Shown here: positions 44,692 through 54,298 of the stretch, piece by piece
How positions within the stretch are numbered: the first letter of the stretch is position 1
Layout: the number at the start of each line of letters is the position of its first letter
DNA from: Crocinitomicaceae bacterium
GTDB lineage: Bacteria; Bacteroidota; Bacteroidia; Flavobacteriales_D; Crocinitomicaceae
Length of the DNA: 64,000 nt
Direction: 5' to 3'
NCBI GenBank assembly: GCA_022447585.1
Contig: JAKVAR010000009.1
Coordinates: 57,133-121,132 of the forward strand
Notes under the pieces: generated by a model
The model's database searches: none
Told to the model about the DNA's origin: nothing
What the model saw: only the letters and a program-made list of their open reading frames with translations
Translations under genes and position numbers: made by a program

Positions 44692-44997
44692 ATGAAATTC
44701 ACGATTTTAATAGCATCATCGGCTTTGTTAACATTAGGTTCTTGTGCGAAAAACTATTCTTGTGACTGCACAACATCTATTAATGTTCCTGCCTATGTGG
44801 ATAATGGAATTACACTTCAAGAAGAGTCGTCTACTCCAGGCACACCTACAACTAAATATGTTAACGGAAAGAAAAAAGACGCAGAGAAAACTTGTACAGA
44901 TTTTGGTCCGACATTAAGTTATAATTTGGCGCCAGGGGTAGTAGGGGCAGACAGCACATCTATTGTTGCTACTTGTACATTAGGAGCAAAGCTTTAG
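44692..44997 (+). CDS. Small Cys-rich lipoprotein, unknown function
   Basis: Lipobox LTLGSC and 6 Cys residues. A terminator follows. Confidence 0.55.
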   Translation: MKFTILIASSALLTLGSCAKNYSCDCTTSINVPAYVDNGITLQEESSTPGTPTTKYVNGKKKDAEKTCTDFGPTLSYNLAPGVVGADSTSIVATCTLGAKL

Positions 44998-45021
44998 AAG
45001 TGCAACAAGAAAATAATATTG

Positions 45022-45047
45022 AAAGGAGATTTAGGTCTCCTTTTTAT
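45022..45047 (+). terminator. Rho-independent terminator
   Basis: AGGAGA / TCTCCT stem followed by TTTTTAT. Confidence 0.65.
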
Positions 45048-45100
45048 AAGTTCAAAACGCGCTATTTCTAAGCTTTTTCAGAAGCGATTATTCTATATAA

Positions 45101-45862
45101 TTAATCGACATTTTTAATGTTCGATGAGTGTTTTAGGGCAGGGGGTAGATTGAAGAATTCAGATAAATAGCCATAAAGTTCAGGATGCTTTTTCTTTAGT
45201 AGTTTAGGTCTTTCAAAAAAATACTCTCCGGCAACGGCCAGAAATTCAGCATTATTTGTAGCGCCATAAGTTCTAATATCACTTTTGTTCTTTTGAATAT
45301 CTCTAATTTTTCCTTGCATAAAATCAAGCCAAGGTAGTACAAGTAAATTCTCTTTTACTCCGCCAATTAGGCCATCTATTCTCCCGTCTGCTTTATCAAT
45401 TAGGTGTATAAATTCATGAACTGCTGTATTTAGTTTATCCGTTTTATTGTCAAATCCATGATGAAGCGCTTTTTTTGAAAGAATCATAGTTCCTTCCATA
45501 GCCCCATTACCAACCATACCTAGTATGAACTTGGATTTTGAACCTATATTGAAATTTTCATCAAAATGCTCAGGATATAAAAGAACTTCAGTAAGGTTTC
45601 TATACTCCCAGTTGTCAAATGCAAAAATTGGAATCACGGCGCTTGAAGCTATAAGAATGCGGTCTGTTTGATCTACAGTTGTTTTTATTCCCGTTATTTT
45701 AGTTGTGTTCAGGAAGTTAGAAACTTGTAATTCAAAGCTTAATCGTTCTTTTGAGTTTAACTTTTTATAAAAGTTGATTTTGGTCAACATTAGATTCTTA
45801 TCTTCCTGATTAATCGAGAAAAGATTTTGTTTTTTTCTACGAAAGAAATTCCAGAATGACAT
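45101..45862 (-). CDS. mtfA: M90-family zinc metallopeptidase (MtfA-like)
   Basis: HEFIHLID (HExxH) and NNAEFLAVAGEYFFERP, which is characteristic of MtfA/DUF980. Confidence 0.8.
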   Translation of the reverse strand: MSFWNFFRRKKQNLFSINQEDKNLMLTKINFYKKLNSKERLSFELQVSNFLNTTKITGIKTTVDQTDRILIASSAVIPIFAFDNWEYRNLTEVLLYPEHFDENFNIGSKSKFILGMVGNGAMEGTMILSKKALHHGFDNKTDKLNTAVHEFIHLIDKADGRIDGLIGGVKENLLVLPWLDFMQGKIRDIQKNKSDIRTYGATNNAEFLAVAGEYFFERPKLLKKKHPELYGYLSEFFNLPPALKHSSNIKNVD

Positions 45863-45873
45863 GAGTTCTAATA

Positions 45874-45906
45874 TTAAAATAAAAAGCGATTGAATTCCAA
45901 TCGCTT
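45874..45906 (-). terminator. Rho-independent terminator after gcvT
   Basis: Perfect 9-bp stem AAGCGATTG/CAATCGCTT with a 5-nt loop, followed on the minus strand by TTTTTATTTT. Confidence 0.8.
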
Positions 45907-45925
45907 TTCTTTATGGTTTATAAAG

Positions 45926-47014
45926 TTATGCTTTTTTGTAGAAAGGTAATTTTACAATTTTTGCTTTAACACCTTTGTTTCTAATTTGAATAAAGATTTC
46001 AGAATCAATTGAGCTTAATTCTTTACTCACATATCCTAACCCAATAGCCACCTTCATTGAAGGAGACATTGTTCCAGATGTTACTCTACCAATTACATTT
46101 CCATTAATGTCTTGAATAGGGTAGTCGTGACGAGGAATTCCTCTTTCTATCATTTCAAACGCGATAAGTTTTCGTGTAATTCCTGCTTCTTTTTGTTTTG
46201 ATAAAAAGTCTTTATCAATAAAGTCATCTTTGGCTAGTTTAGTAATCCAACCAAGTCCAGCTTCGAGTGGTGAAGTTGTATCATCAATATCGTTTCCGTA
46301 TAAACAGAATCCCATTTCTAATCTCAAAGTATCTCTTGCAGCTAAACCAATTGGCTTAATATTACAAGACGCCCCAGCTTCAAACACTTTATCCCATACT
46401 TGTTTAACTTCATCATTTTTACAGTAGATTTCAAAACCACCAGATCCCGTATAACCCGTTGCTGAAATAATAACATTGTCAATTCCTGCGAAATCGGCTA
46501 CTTCAAAATGATAGTATTTTATTGCAGATAAATCAATTGAAGTTAATGATTGCATAGCTTCAATAGCTTTGGGACCTTGAACGGCCAATAAAGAATAATC
46601 TTCAGAAAGATCTCTCATTTCTGCATCAAATGAATTATGCGAAGATATCCAGTTCCAATCTTTTTCAATGTTAGAAGCATTTACTACAAGCAAATATTGT
46701 TCTTCTTTTATTTTATATATAATTAAATCGTCAATAACTCCACCTTTACCGTTCGGCATACAGCTGTATTGAGCTCTTCCCACAGTAAGTGTTGATGCAT
46801 CGTTCGAAGTTACTTTTTGGATTAAATTCAAAGCTCCTGAACCCGAAATTAAAAATTCTCCCATGTGCGATACATCAAATACTCCTACGCCTTCACGTAC
46901 TGTTTGATGTTCTACATTGACGCCTTCATATTGAACAGGCATGTTGTATCCTGCAAAAGGAACCATTTTGGCACCTAGAGCAATGTGTTTACTTGATAAA
47001 GCTGTGTCTTTCAT
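45926..47014 (-). CDS. gcvT: Glycine cleavage system aminomethyltransferase T
   Basis: [40 protein letters not shown].. is the canonical GcvT sequence. Confidence 0.95.
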   Translation of the reverse strand: MKDTALSSKHIALGAKMVPFAGYNMPVQYEGVNVEHQTVREGVGVFDVSHMGEFLISGSGALNLIQKVTSNDASTLTVGRAQYSCMPNGKGGVIDDLIIYKIKEEQYLLVVNASNIEKDWNWISSHNSFDAEMRDLSEDYSLLAVQGPKAIEAMQSLTSIDLSAIKYYHFEVADFAGIDNVIISATGYTGSGGFEIYCKNDEVKQVWDKVFEAGASCNIKPIGLAARDTLRLEMGFCLYGNDIDDTTSPLEAGLGWITKLAKDDFIDKDFLSKQKEAGITRKLIAFEMIERGIPRHDYPIQDINGNVIGRVTSGTMSPSMKVAIGLGYVSKELSSIDSEIFIQIRNKGVKAKIVKLPFYKKA

Positions 47015-47027
47015 GGATTTTTTTTGT

Positions 47028-47035
47028 CAAAATTA
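47028..47035 (-). promoter_or_regulatory. Candidate -7 promoter box (TAATTTTG on minus strand) for gcvT
   Basis: TAnnTTTG match 14 nt upstream of the ATG, which implies a very short leader. Confidence 0.3.
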
Positions 47036-47121
47036 AGAAAATCAAGATTCTGACAAGCTGAAAGGATAGAAAAGGATGAAAAATAACAAGTGTTGCATAA
47101 TTAGCTAGTAATTAAACAATA

Positions 47122-48270
47122 TCATTGAACAGACCTTATAAGATTCGCTAACTCTTTTCCCACTAAAGTTCCTATGGCAACTCCCATTCCTCCTAATCTT
47201 ACCCCGCAAAATGTATTGGCATCTAATTGCTTGATTATAGGCTGTTTTGATTTTCCTACTCCCATAATTCCAGCCCAATTATGATCAATTGTATAATCTG
47301 TTTTCGGCAATATTACTTCATTTAAAATAGATTTTAATGACTCTAAAATTAAATCAGTATTCGCAATGTTTGTGGTTGTTTCTTCCTCTAAAGCTAAGTT
47401 TCTCCCCCCTCCAAAGAGAATTCGATCATCAATATTTCTGAAATAATAATATCCCTCATTGTAATGGAAGGTTCCCTTGATTTTTAAGTTAGGAATAGGT
47501 CTCGTAATAAGCACTTGAGCACGCGCGGGTTTGACATCTTCTTGAATTAAAGACGCTCCGAATCCATTTGTACAAATAGCAATTTTATCTGCCGAAATTT
47601 CTCCTTGGCTGGATGTTATTGTGTTGTTATTTAGTGTTTTAGCTTCTATTCCAAATAGAACATGGATATTTTTATCAATAACCTTTTTGTAAAATGCGTG
47701 GTTCATTGAAGCCGTATCAATTTGACCTTCTAAACGATTAAATATACTTGTTTTAACATGTTCAAATCCGAATTTTGAGGAAATGTTTGAATCAATGGTA
47801 TAGGTTTCAGCCTCTCCCGTAATGGCTTTTATTTTTTTATTGTAATAAGGTAATTGCTCCTTTACAAGCTCAAATAGATTTTCTTCTTTAGAGGTGATTA
47901 AATCCCATGAGCCATTAATTTCAAGCTTTAATTGACTGTCACCAATTATTTTACGTAAGTATTGAAGGCCTTTCCATCTTAATGATACTGTTTTCCATAC
48001 TTCATCTTCCGGTGATGTTTGAAGATCTGAAAACAATTCTGTTGCACTTCCAAAACAAGCAAAACCGGCATTTTTCGAGCTAGCTCCACTCGGAAGAAAA
48101 CCACGTTCTATTATAACAATTTTGGCCTCAGGGTGTGATTCTTTGAGGTGAAGTGCAGTACTGTATCCAACTATTCCAGCACCAATTATAAGGTAATCAA
48201 TGTTTTTAAAGAAGGTTTTTTGCTCCCAATAACTTATTTTTTCACTATCGAGCATATTATTTGAAGGCAT
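47122..48270 (-). CDS. FAD-dependent oxidoreductase (DAO / glycine-D-amino-acid oxidase family)
   Basis: DYLIIGAGIVGYSTALHL..ERG dinucleotide motif and 382 aa length. Confidence 0.8.
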   Translation of the reverse strand: MPSNNMLDSEKISYWEQKTFFKNIDYLIIGAGIVGYSTALHLKESHPEAKIVIIERGFLPSGASSKNAGFACFGSATELFSDLQTSPEDEVWKTVSLRWKGLQYLRKIIGDSQLKLEINGSWDLITSKEENLFELVKEQLPYYNKKIKAITGEAETYTIDSNISSKFGFEHVKTSIFNRLEGQIDTASMNHAFYKKVIDKNIHVLFGIEAKTLNNNTITSSQGEISADKIAICTNGFGASLIQEDVKPARAQVLITRPIPNLKIKGTFHYNEGYYYFRNIDDRILFGGGRNLALEEETTTNIANTDLILESLKSILNEVILPKTDYTIDHNWAGIMGVGKSKQPIIKQLDANTFCGVRLGGMGVAIGTLVGKELANLIRSVQ

Positions 48271-48311
48271 AATTGTGAACTATTTTAACCATATTTGTAT
48301 AAATATCAATT

Positions 48312-48319
48312 CAAATTTA
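48312..48319 (-). promoter_or_regulatory. Candidate -7 promoter box (TAAATTTG on minus strand) for the FAD oxidoreductase
   Basis: TAnnTTTG match 42 nt upstream of the ATG at 48270. Confidence 0.35.
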
Positions 48320-48367
48320 AACCAAATCTGTAACTGGTTGTACGGATAGACGTTTAAATCTTATAAT

Positions 48368-51300
48368 ATGAGGTACGTAATTTTAATTCTTGTACTGTTT
48401 TGCACCATGTTTTCATGGGGGCAACAACTGGATTTGGTTTTCCGCGGTACACTAATAAATCTAGATGCTGGAAAAAAAGAAGGGGCGGTCAAAGTAGAAC
48501 TAGTTCAAAATGGATCTGTTGTTTCGTCTTCGAGCACAGCTTCTAACGGTAAATTTAAAATTACTTCATCAGTTGATCAAACGAAGCCATTTGAAATTAA
48601 GTTTTCGAAAGCAGGATTTATTGGTAAAATGATGCGCTTCAATTTTAATGGAGTAAACGAAGAAGATATACCACCAGGAGGTGAGTTTTTTGATCCTTTT
48701 GAAATTAAAATATTCAAAGAAAGGGATAATGCAGATTTTTCATTTTTGAAAACTGAACCTGTTGCTCAATTTGATTGGAATTCAGCAAAACTAAGTCCTA
48801 GATTAAATTCATCAGAAGCAAATCGGATAGGAAATAAGATTCTCACACTTCTTGCAGAAGCGGATAAAAATAAGGCAGAGGCAGAGATGAAATACAACGC
48901 TGCCATTAAAGAAGCTGATGGTTTTTATAATGCTCAAAGTTATGAAGAAGCCTTGACTAAATATGAGGAAGCAGTGGGGTATAAGCCGCAAGAACCTTAC
49001 CCGAATGAAAGGATAGTCGAGTTAGATGCTTTGATTCAAGCACAGAAAAGTGCTGATTTAGCAGAAAAGCAGGAAAATGAAGAGTATTATAATTTGATTG
49101 AAGCTGGTGATAACTTGAGGGATCAAGATAATCTCGAAGGTGCAATCGCTAAGTATAAGGAAGCAATTACCAAAAAAGACGAACAATATCCAAAAGATCA
49201 AATCGCAACTCTATCTAAAACACTTGAAGATAGACAGAAAGCGATTGAAAACAAGACTAAGTATGATGCTTTAATTAAGCAAGCAGATGGATTTCTTAAG
49301 CAAAATAGTGTTAGAGCTGCTAAGGATAAATATACTGAAGCGAGCAAGTTGATGCCTCAAGAACAGTATCCAAAGGATAAATTGGCTGAAATTGAGGGTA
49401 AGATGCAAGAACTTGCCGAGAAGGAAGCGATTAAGAAACAATATGATGATGCCGTTAATGCGGCTGACGCATTGTTTTCGGTAGAGGATTTTGCAGGTGC
49501 AAAGGAGAAGTATAATGAGGCACTTACGTTTGAAAGTTCTTCTACCTATGTCAAAGCGCGAATTACGATTTGTGATGAGAAAATCTTAGAAGCAAAAAAT
49601 GCTGCTGAGACAGAAGCTAAAATTGCAGAACTTCTAAAGTCAGGTGCAGAATCTATGAATGCTTCCCAATGGGATGCTGCAAAAACAAGTTATGAGTCAG
49701 TTTTGGCATTGGATAATCTGAATGAGACGGCAATTACCAAATTGGAAGAAGTTGAAAAAGCGTTAGAAAACGCAAAGAATCAAGCGCTTCAAGAAGAGAA
49801 GTACGCAAAACTTGTTTCAGAAGGCGAATCTGCTAATAATTCAGGAGAATTAGAAACTGCTCTTTCTAAATATGAAGAAGCCCAAACAATAAAAGTAGAG
49901 CCTAATGTAACAACGACTATCCAAGAGATTAAAGCTAAAATTGCTGATAATAAAGCCGCTGCTGAAAAGAAAGAACAATACGATCAATTAATTGCTGATG
50001 GAGAATCTGCGCTATTAGGAGGGGATTTACAAGCGGCTAAAATTAAATTTGAAGGTGCTTCTAAAATTGATCCAAATCAAGAATTGCCGAAAAACAAACT
50101 TGCAGAAATTGAGACTTTAATGGCGAATGAAGCTGCGGATAAAGAGAAGGCTGCTAATTATCAAACGGCGATTGAAAGCGCGGATAATGCTTATAATCTA
50201 TCCAATTGGGAGGAAGCGAAAGCGAAATATCAAGAGGCAATTTCTATTGATGATTCTAAGCCTTATCCTTCTGAAAGAATTACTGAAATTGATAAATTAA
50301 TTAAAGAAAAAGAGTTAGCTGATCTTAAAGCGGCGGAAGATGCTGAGGCTAAAGCGAAATTTGATGCGGTTATCTCTGAGGCAAATACGTTATTTATAGC
50401 TAACGATTATATTGCAGCTAAGGCTAAATATGAAGAAGCGCAATCAATTGATCCTAGCCAAACAATTACTGCGGATAAAATAGCAGAAATAGAAGGAATA
50501 TTAGCTTCTATAGAAGCTGATAAAAAAGCTGCAGATGAAGCGCAGGCGATGAACGAAGCATATGAGGATGCTATTTCTGCAGCGAATACTGATTTTGAAA
50601 AAGGCAACTTAGAAAAAGCTAAATCTGGTTATGAGGCAGCACTTGATATTGATAGCAGTAAATCTTTTCCTAAAGAAAGGATTGTTGCAATCGATACTCA
50701 GTTAATTAAAATAGCTGAGGATGAAGCTAAGCATGCGCAAATTGAAGATTTGTTGGATGAAGGAGCAAAATTAGTTTCTGATGAAAAATTTGAGGATGCA
50801 AAATCAGTATATGAAGAGATTTTAACGCTAGATCCTGGTAATACTGATGCACAAGCTCAATTGACAAAAGTGAATGGCGAATTGGCATTACTTAAAAATG
50901 ACGCTGAAAAAGAAGCTGAATTTGTAAAGCTGAAAGAGCAAGGTTTCTCCTTGGCGGAAGGAAATCAATTTGAACAGGCTAAACAAAAACTCAATGAAGC
51001 TTTAAGCTTAAAAGATGATCCGGAAATTCGTTCTAAGATAGATGCAATTGATAAAGCCATAGCACAATTAGCTGCTCAGCAAGGAATTGATGACAATTAT
51101 AATGCCTTGATTTTAGCTGGAGAAAGTGCCCAATCTTCTGGGGATTATAAAGCTGCTATTACTAAGTATGAAGAGGCTCTTAGTTTAAAACCAAATGAAG
51201 CTATGCCTCAGGCTAAGATTCAAGAATTACAAAGTTTAATTGAAAATGAAAAAGCTCTAGTACAATTAGATGAGGAATATGATGATTTAATTACTCAGGC

Positions 51301-54298
51301 GAATACTCAAGTTATTAGTAAGGATTATGAATCTGCAATATCAACTTATCAGGAAGCTCTTAACTTAAAGCCTGATGAGACAATGCCTCAAATGAAAATA
51401 GAAGAGTTGCAAGCATTAATTGATGACGCTTCAAAAGCTGATGCACTTGATGAAAAATATAATACTGCAATTAGTGATGCCGCTGAGTTTGAAAGTATCG
51501 AAGATTATATCGGGGCAATTAAGAAGTATAAAACAGCGTTAGAGCTGAAACCAAATGAGTCATTACCTAAATCGAAAATAGCTGCTCTTCAATCCATTAT
51601 TGATGCCCAAAATGAAGGGCAAGCAAAATTAGATGCTGATTACAATAAGTTAATGAAGGAAGGGGATCAAATGATAGCAGATAAGCTTTATTTAGAAGCT
51701 ATTAAGAAGTTTAACGCGGCCTTATCTTTAAAACCCAAGGAACAAGCACCTGTGGATAAAGCAGCTGAAGCTGAACGATTAGAAAAAGCCAAAGGTAGAG
51801 AAGGAGATGCTCAGTATGAGAAAATTCTTACTGTTGCTGAAAAGAAAATTAATGCTTCTGAATATGATAGGGCTACTGAGTTGGTTAATCGTGCAATGAA
51901 GTTGAAACCGGATGATAGCAGGCCTCAAGCGTTACTAAATAGAATTAATGCGATTAAGGAGCTTGAAAATGATTACGATAATGCCATCACTCAGGGAGCC
52001 GTATTAATGGGAGCCAAAAAGTATCAAGAAGCAAAACTAGCCTATCAAAAAGCAAATGATTTAAAACCCAACGAACCTGAGCCAATTCAGAAGTTAACTG
52101 AATTAGATGCATTGATTGGGGAACTGGCTGACGCTTCTCAAAAGGAGTCGTTATATAAAGACTACATGACTAAGGGAGGGCTTAGCTTTGGTAAGAAGGA
52201 TTATCAAGGAGCCTTGGGGTATTATCAGAATGCTTTGAGTGTTAAAGCGAATGATACTGAGGCGGCCTCAAAAATATCTGAGATTCAGCAGATTATAGAT
52301 GATTTAGCTAATGCTAATGAAAGAGATTTAAAACTGAAGAATGAATTTGATGCAATAATTAACGACGCTGATGGTAATTTTGCAAATGAGTTATACTTAA
52401 ATGCTAAAAAGAAGTATGAGGAAGCATTGATTCTTGTGCCATCGAGTACTTATGCTAAAACTCAGATTAAAGAATGTGAGCGTTTGGAGAGAGCTAAAGG
52501 AAAAGCTGAAGCCGAGAAAGAATATAGAAAGATTATTACTGCTGCAGATAAAAACTTTGATAAGGCTTCTTACGACAAAGCAATCAACTATTACAATAGA
52601 GCTTTATCAATTAAAAATGAGGATCCTTACCCTAAACAAAAATTAGCAGAAATAAATGCAATTCTTAATCCTGTTTCAGTTGAGTCTTCTGAATTAGAGG
52701 ATTTAGGAGATCCATTTGATAATTCTCTAATGGATGGAGGTTTTGTCTTGCAACAAGCTGAAGCGGAACGAAAAACAATTAAAAAGACTAAAATTAATAG
52801 AAAACAAAGTAAAATTTTAGCTGAGGCTTCGGAATTGAGCTCTTCGAATACAGCTTCTCACAGAGAGAATTCAAATGAAATTTACAAAGTTCAAATGAAA
52901 ATATCTCGCGATGCAGGTCAAGGAGATTTAAATAGGCAAGCTACTGTAGACGCCTTAAGATTGGCTCAAGATGAGTTGGCTAATGAAGAAAGAAGTAATG
53001 GTATATATGAATACGGTGAAAATATTTCTGATCAAGGGACCTTAGATATTATACAAGAAGAGTCAACATTGGATTATGGTGAACGTCATAGTGTATATGA
53101 AGAAAATACTAAGATAATGACAGGGTATAATGAGGCACTAGCAAAAGCTAATATAGAGAAAGTGTTAACTGATTATGACAGAAATGTAGAGTCAAATGGA
53201 ACACTTGCAGAAGTAAAAGGAGCTATCTCAACTGGAATGCAAGAAAATTTTGTTGAGAGAGCTAAAACGGGCCAGCAAGTATTGAAGGTTCAAAAATCAG
53301 CCGGTCGTGTAAATACAGAAATTTCAGGTGATCGATATGACCAACTACTAGCACATGATAAAGATTTACATGATATTGCTTCAGCTATTGCGGCAGAGGC
53401 TATCCTTACCGAGGAGAAACCAAAAGAGAATAGCGAGTCTTTGATACTTGTTTCTACTGATGTTACGGAGGCTAATTCTGCAAGAGCTGCTGTAGAAACA
53501 AGCTCAGTTTATAAAGTTAATGCTGAAATTACTGAAGCAAAAGAACGAGCTCGCGATGAACAAGGGGAGATTTCTGAAAATAGAGAAGAGAATACCGAAG
53601 CTATTAAGATAGCGGAGAAAGATTATGCAGAAGCGCACTATAACGATTACAATGAAGAATTAGCAAAATATATTGAAAATAAGGCGTCTATTGATAATGA
53701 AACCGAATTAAATGGAGCTATCAATGACGTTGCTTTAGCAGCGCATGCAAAGAAAGTAAGTTACGTGGAGGTTATGGATAAAAAAGCACGCATCGATACT
53801 CAAGAGGCTGTTGATGGTGATGTTGAAAGTCGTTTAAAGGCCCAACAAAATATTGAAAATGTATATATCGGAGTTGGACATGAAACCGCAACCAAATTGG
53901 AAGAAAAGGAAGCGACTGGTGAAGCCCTAAAAGAGGTTAATAAAACTGTTAAAGCTCAAGATGCAGCAAATAATATTGGTCAGAACCAGAAGCATTATGA
54001 TGCCGCTGAAAAATTAAGTCAAGTGGATGATACTCCTAAAAAGAAGGTTAGGGTTGCAAATTCATTAGGTGAAGAATATCCAGAAGGTGTTAGTGAAGAG
54101 TCTTTCTCTAAAAGTGATAACGATGGATTAATTACTACAATTATTACGCGGCGTATCGTTGTTATAGATGGTCATGCTGACGTTTATATTAGAACTCAGA
54201 ATTTAAGTGGAGTTACATATAGTAAAAATGGTAAACCAAGTTTAGCACATGTTTGGCAAAAAGAAACGCAAGGTCCGGATTTGGAACGTCATTATTAG
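48368..54298 (+). CDS. Giant secreted repeat protein: CarboxypepD_reg-like N-domain + ~21 TPR-like ~60-aa units + ~540-aa charged C-terminal region
   Basis: 1976-aa uninterrupted ORF with signal peptide MRYVILILVLFCTMFSWGQ. aa 25-90 form a beta-sandwich-like segment (GTLINLDAGKKEGAVKVELVQNGSVV..NGKFKI), followed by the repeat array described in the next feature. Confidence 0.85.
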   Translation: MRYVILILVLFCTMFSWGQQLDLVFRGTLINLDAGKKEGAVKVELVQNGSVVSSSSTASNGKFKITSSVDQTKPFEIKFSKAGFIGKMMRFNFNGVNEEDIPPGGEFFDPFEIKIFKERDNADFSFLKTEPVAQFDWNSAKLSPRLNSSEANRIGNKILTLLAEADKNKAEAEMKYNAAIKEADGFYNAQSYEEALTKYEEAVGYKPQEPYPNERIVELDALIQAQKSADLAEKQENEEYYNLIEAGDNLRDQDNLEGAIAKYKEAITKKDEQYPKDQIATLSKTLEDRQKAIENKTKYDALIKQADGFLKQNSVRAAKDKYTEASKLMPQEQYPKDKLAEIEGKMQELAEKEAIKKQYDDAVNAADALFSVEDFAGAKEKYNEALTFESSSTYVKARITICDEKILEAKNAAETEAKIAELLKSGAESMNASQWDAAKTSYESVLALDNLNETAITKLEEVEKALENAKNQALQEEKYAKLVSEGESANNSGELETALSKYEEAQTIKVEPNVTTTIQEIKAKIADNKAAAEKKEQYDQLIADGESALLGGDLQAAKIKFEGASKIDPNQELPKNKLAEIETLMANEAADKEKAANYQTAIESADNAYNLSNWEEAKAKYQEAISIDDSKPYPSERITEIDKLIKEKELADLKAAEDAEAKAKFDAVISEANTLFIANDYIAAKAKYEEAQSIDPSQTITADKIAEIEGILASIEADKKAADEAQAMNEAYEDAISAANTDFEKGNLEKAKSGYEAALDIDSSKSFPKERIVAIDTQLIKIAEDEAKHAQIEDLLDEGAKLVSDEKFEDAKSVYEEILTLDPGNTDAQAQLTKVNGELALLKNDAEKEAEFVKLKEQGFSLAEGNQFEQAKQKLNEALSLKDDPEIRSKIDAIDKAIAQLAAQQGIDDNYNALILAGESAQSSGDYKAAITKYEEALSLKPNEAMPQAKIQELQSLIENEKALVQLDEEYDDLITQANTQVISKDYESAISTYQEALNLKPDETMPQMKIEELQALIDDASKADALDEKYNTAISDAAEFESIEDYIGAIKKYKTALELKPNESLPKSKIAALQSIIDAQNEGQAKLDADYNKLMKEGDQMIADKLYLEAIKKFNAALSLKPKEQAPVDKAAEAERLEKAKGREGDAQYEKILTVAEKKINASEYDRATELVNRAMKLKPDDSRPQALLNRINAIKELENDYDNAITQGAVLMGAKKYQEAKLAYQKANDLKPNEPEPIQKLTELDALIGELADASQKESLYKDYMTKGGLSFGKKDYQGALGYYQNALSVKANDTEAASKISEIQQIIDDLANANERDLKLKNEFDAIINDADGNFANELYLNAKKKYEEALILVPSSTYAKTQIKECERLERAKGKAEAEKEYRKIITAADKNFDKASYDKAINYYNRALSIKNEDPYPKQKLAEINAILNPVSVESSELEDLGDPFDNSLMDGGFVLQQAEAERKTIKKTKINRKQSKILAEASELSSSNTASHRENSNEIYKVQMKISRDAGQGDLNRQATVDALRLAQDELANEERSNGIYEYGENISDQGTLDIIQEESTLDYGERHSVYEENTKIMTGYNEALAKANIEKVLTDYDRNVESNGTLAEVKGAISTGMQENFVERAKTGQQVLKVQKSAGRVNTEISGDRYDQLLAHDKDLHDIASAIAAEAILTEEKPKENSESLILVSTDVTEANSARAAVETSSVYKVNAEITEAKERARDEQGEISENREENTEAIKIAEKDYAEAHYNDYNEELAKYIENKASIDNETELNGAINDVALAAHAKKVSYVEVMDKKARIDTQEAVDGDVESRLKAQQNIENVYIGVGHETATKLEEKEATGEALKEVNKTVKAQDAANNIGQNQKHYDAAEKLSQVDDTPKKKVRVANSLGEEYPEGVSEESFSKSDNDGLITTIITRRIVVIDGHADVYIRTQNLSGVTYSKNGKPSLAHVWQKETQGPDLERHY
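48890..52680 (+). repeat. Intragenic array of ~21 divergent tandem units (~180 nt / ~60 aa each)
   Basis: The unit consensus, read from the translation, is (K/E/Q)Y(D/N)xxIxx(A/G)(D/E)xxFxxxxYxxAxxxYxEALxLKPxExxPxxKIxEL(D/Q)xLIxxxxxxxxxx. Examples: NYNALILAGESAQSSGDYKAAITKYEEALSLKPNEAMPQAKIQELQSLI and EYDDLITQANTQVISKDYESAISTYQEALNLKPDETMPQMKIEELQALI. Confidence 0.8.

Noticed and set aside
47015-47121. Possible glycine riboswitch upstream of gcvT.
   Set aside because: The 107-nt leader region is AT-rich. It lacks the conserved GGAGAG...CACCG...GGGCAA-type cores of glycine aptamers, and the -7 box lies only 14 nt from the ATG.
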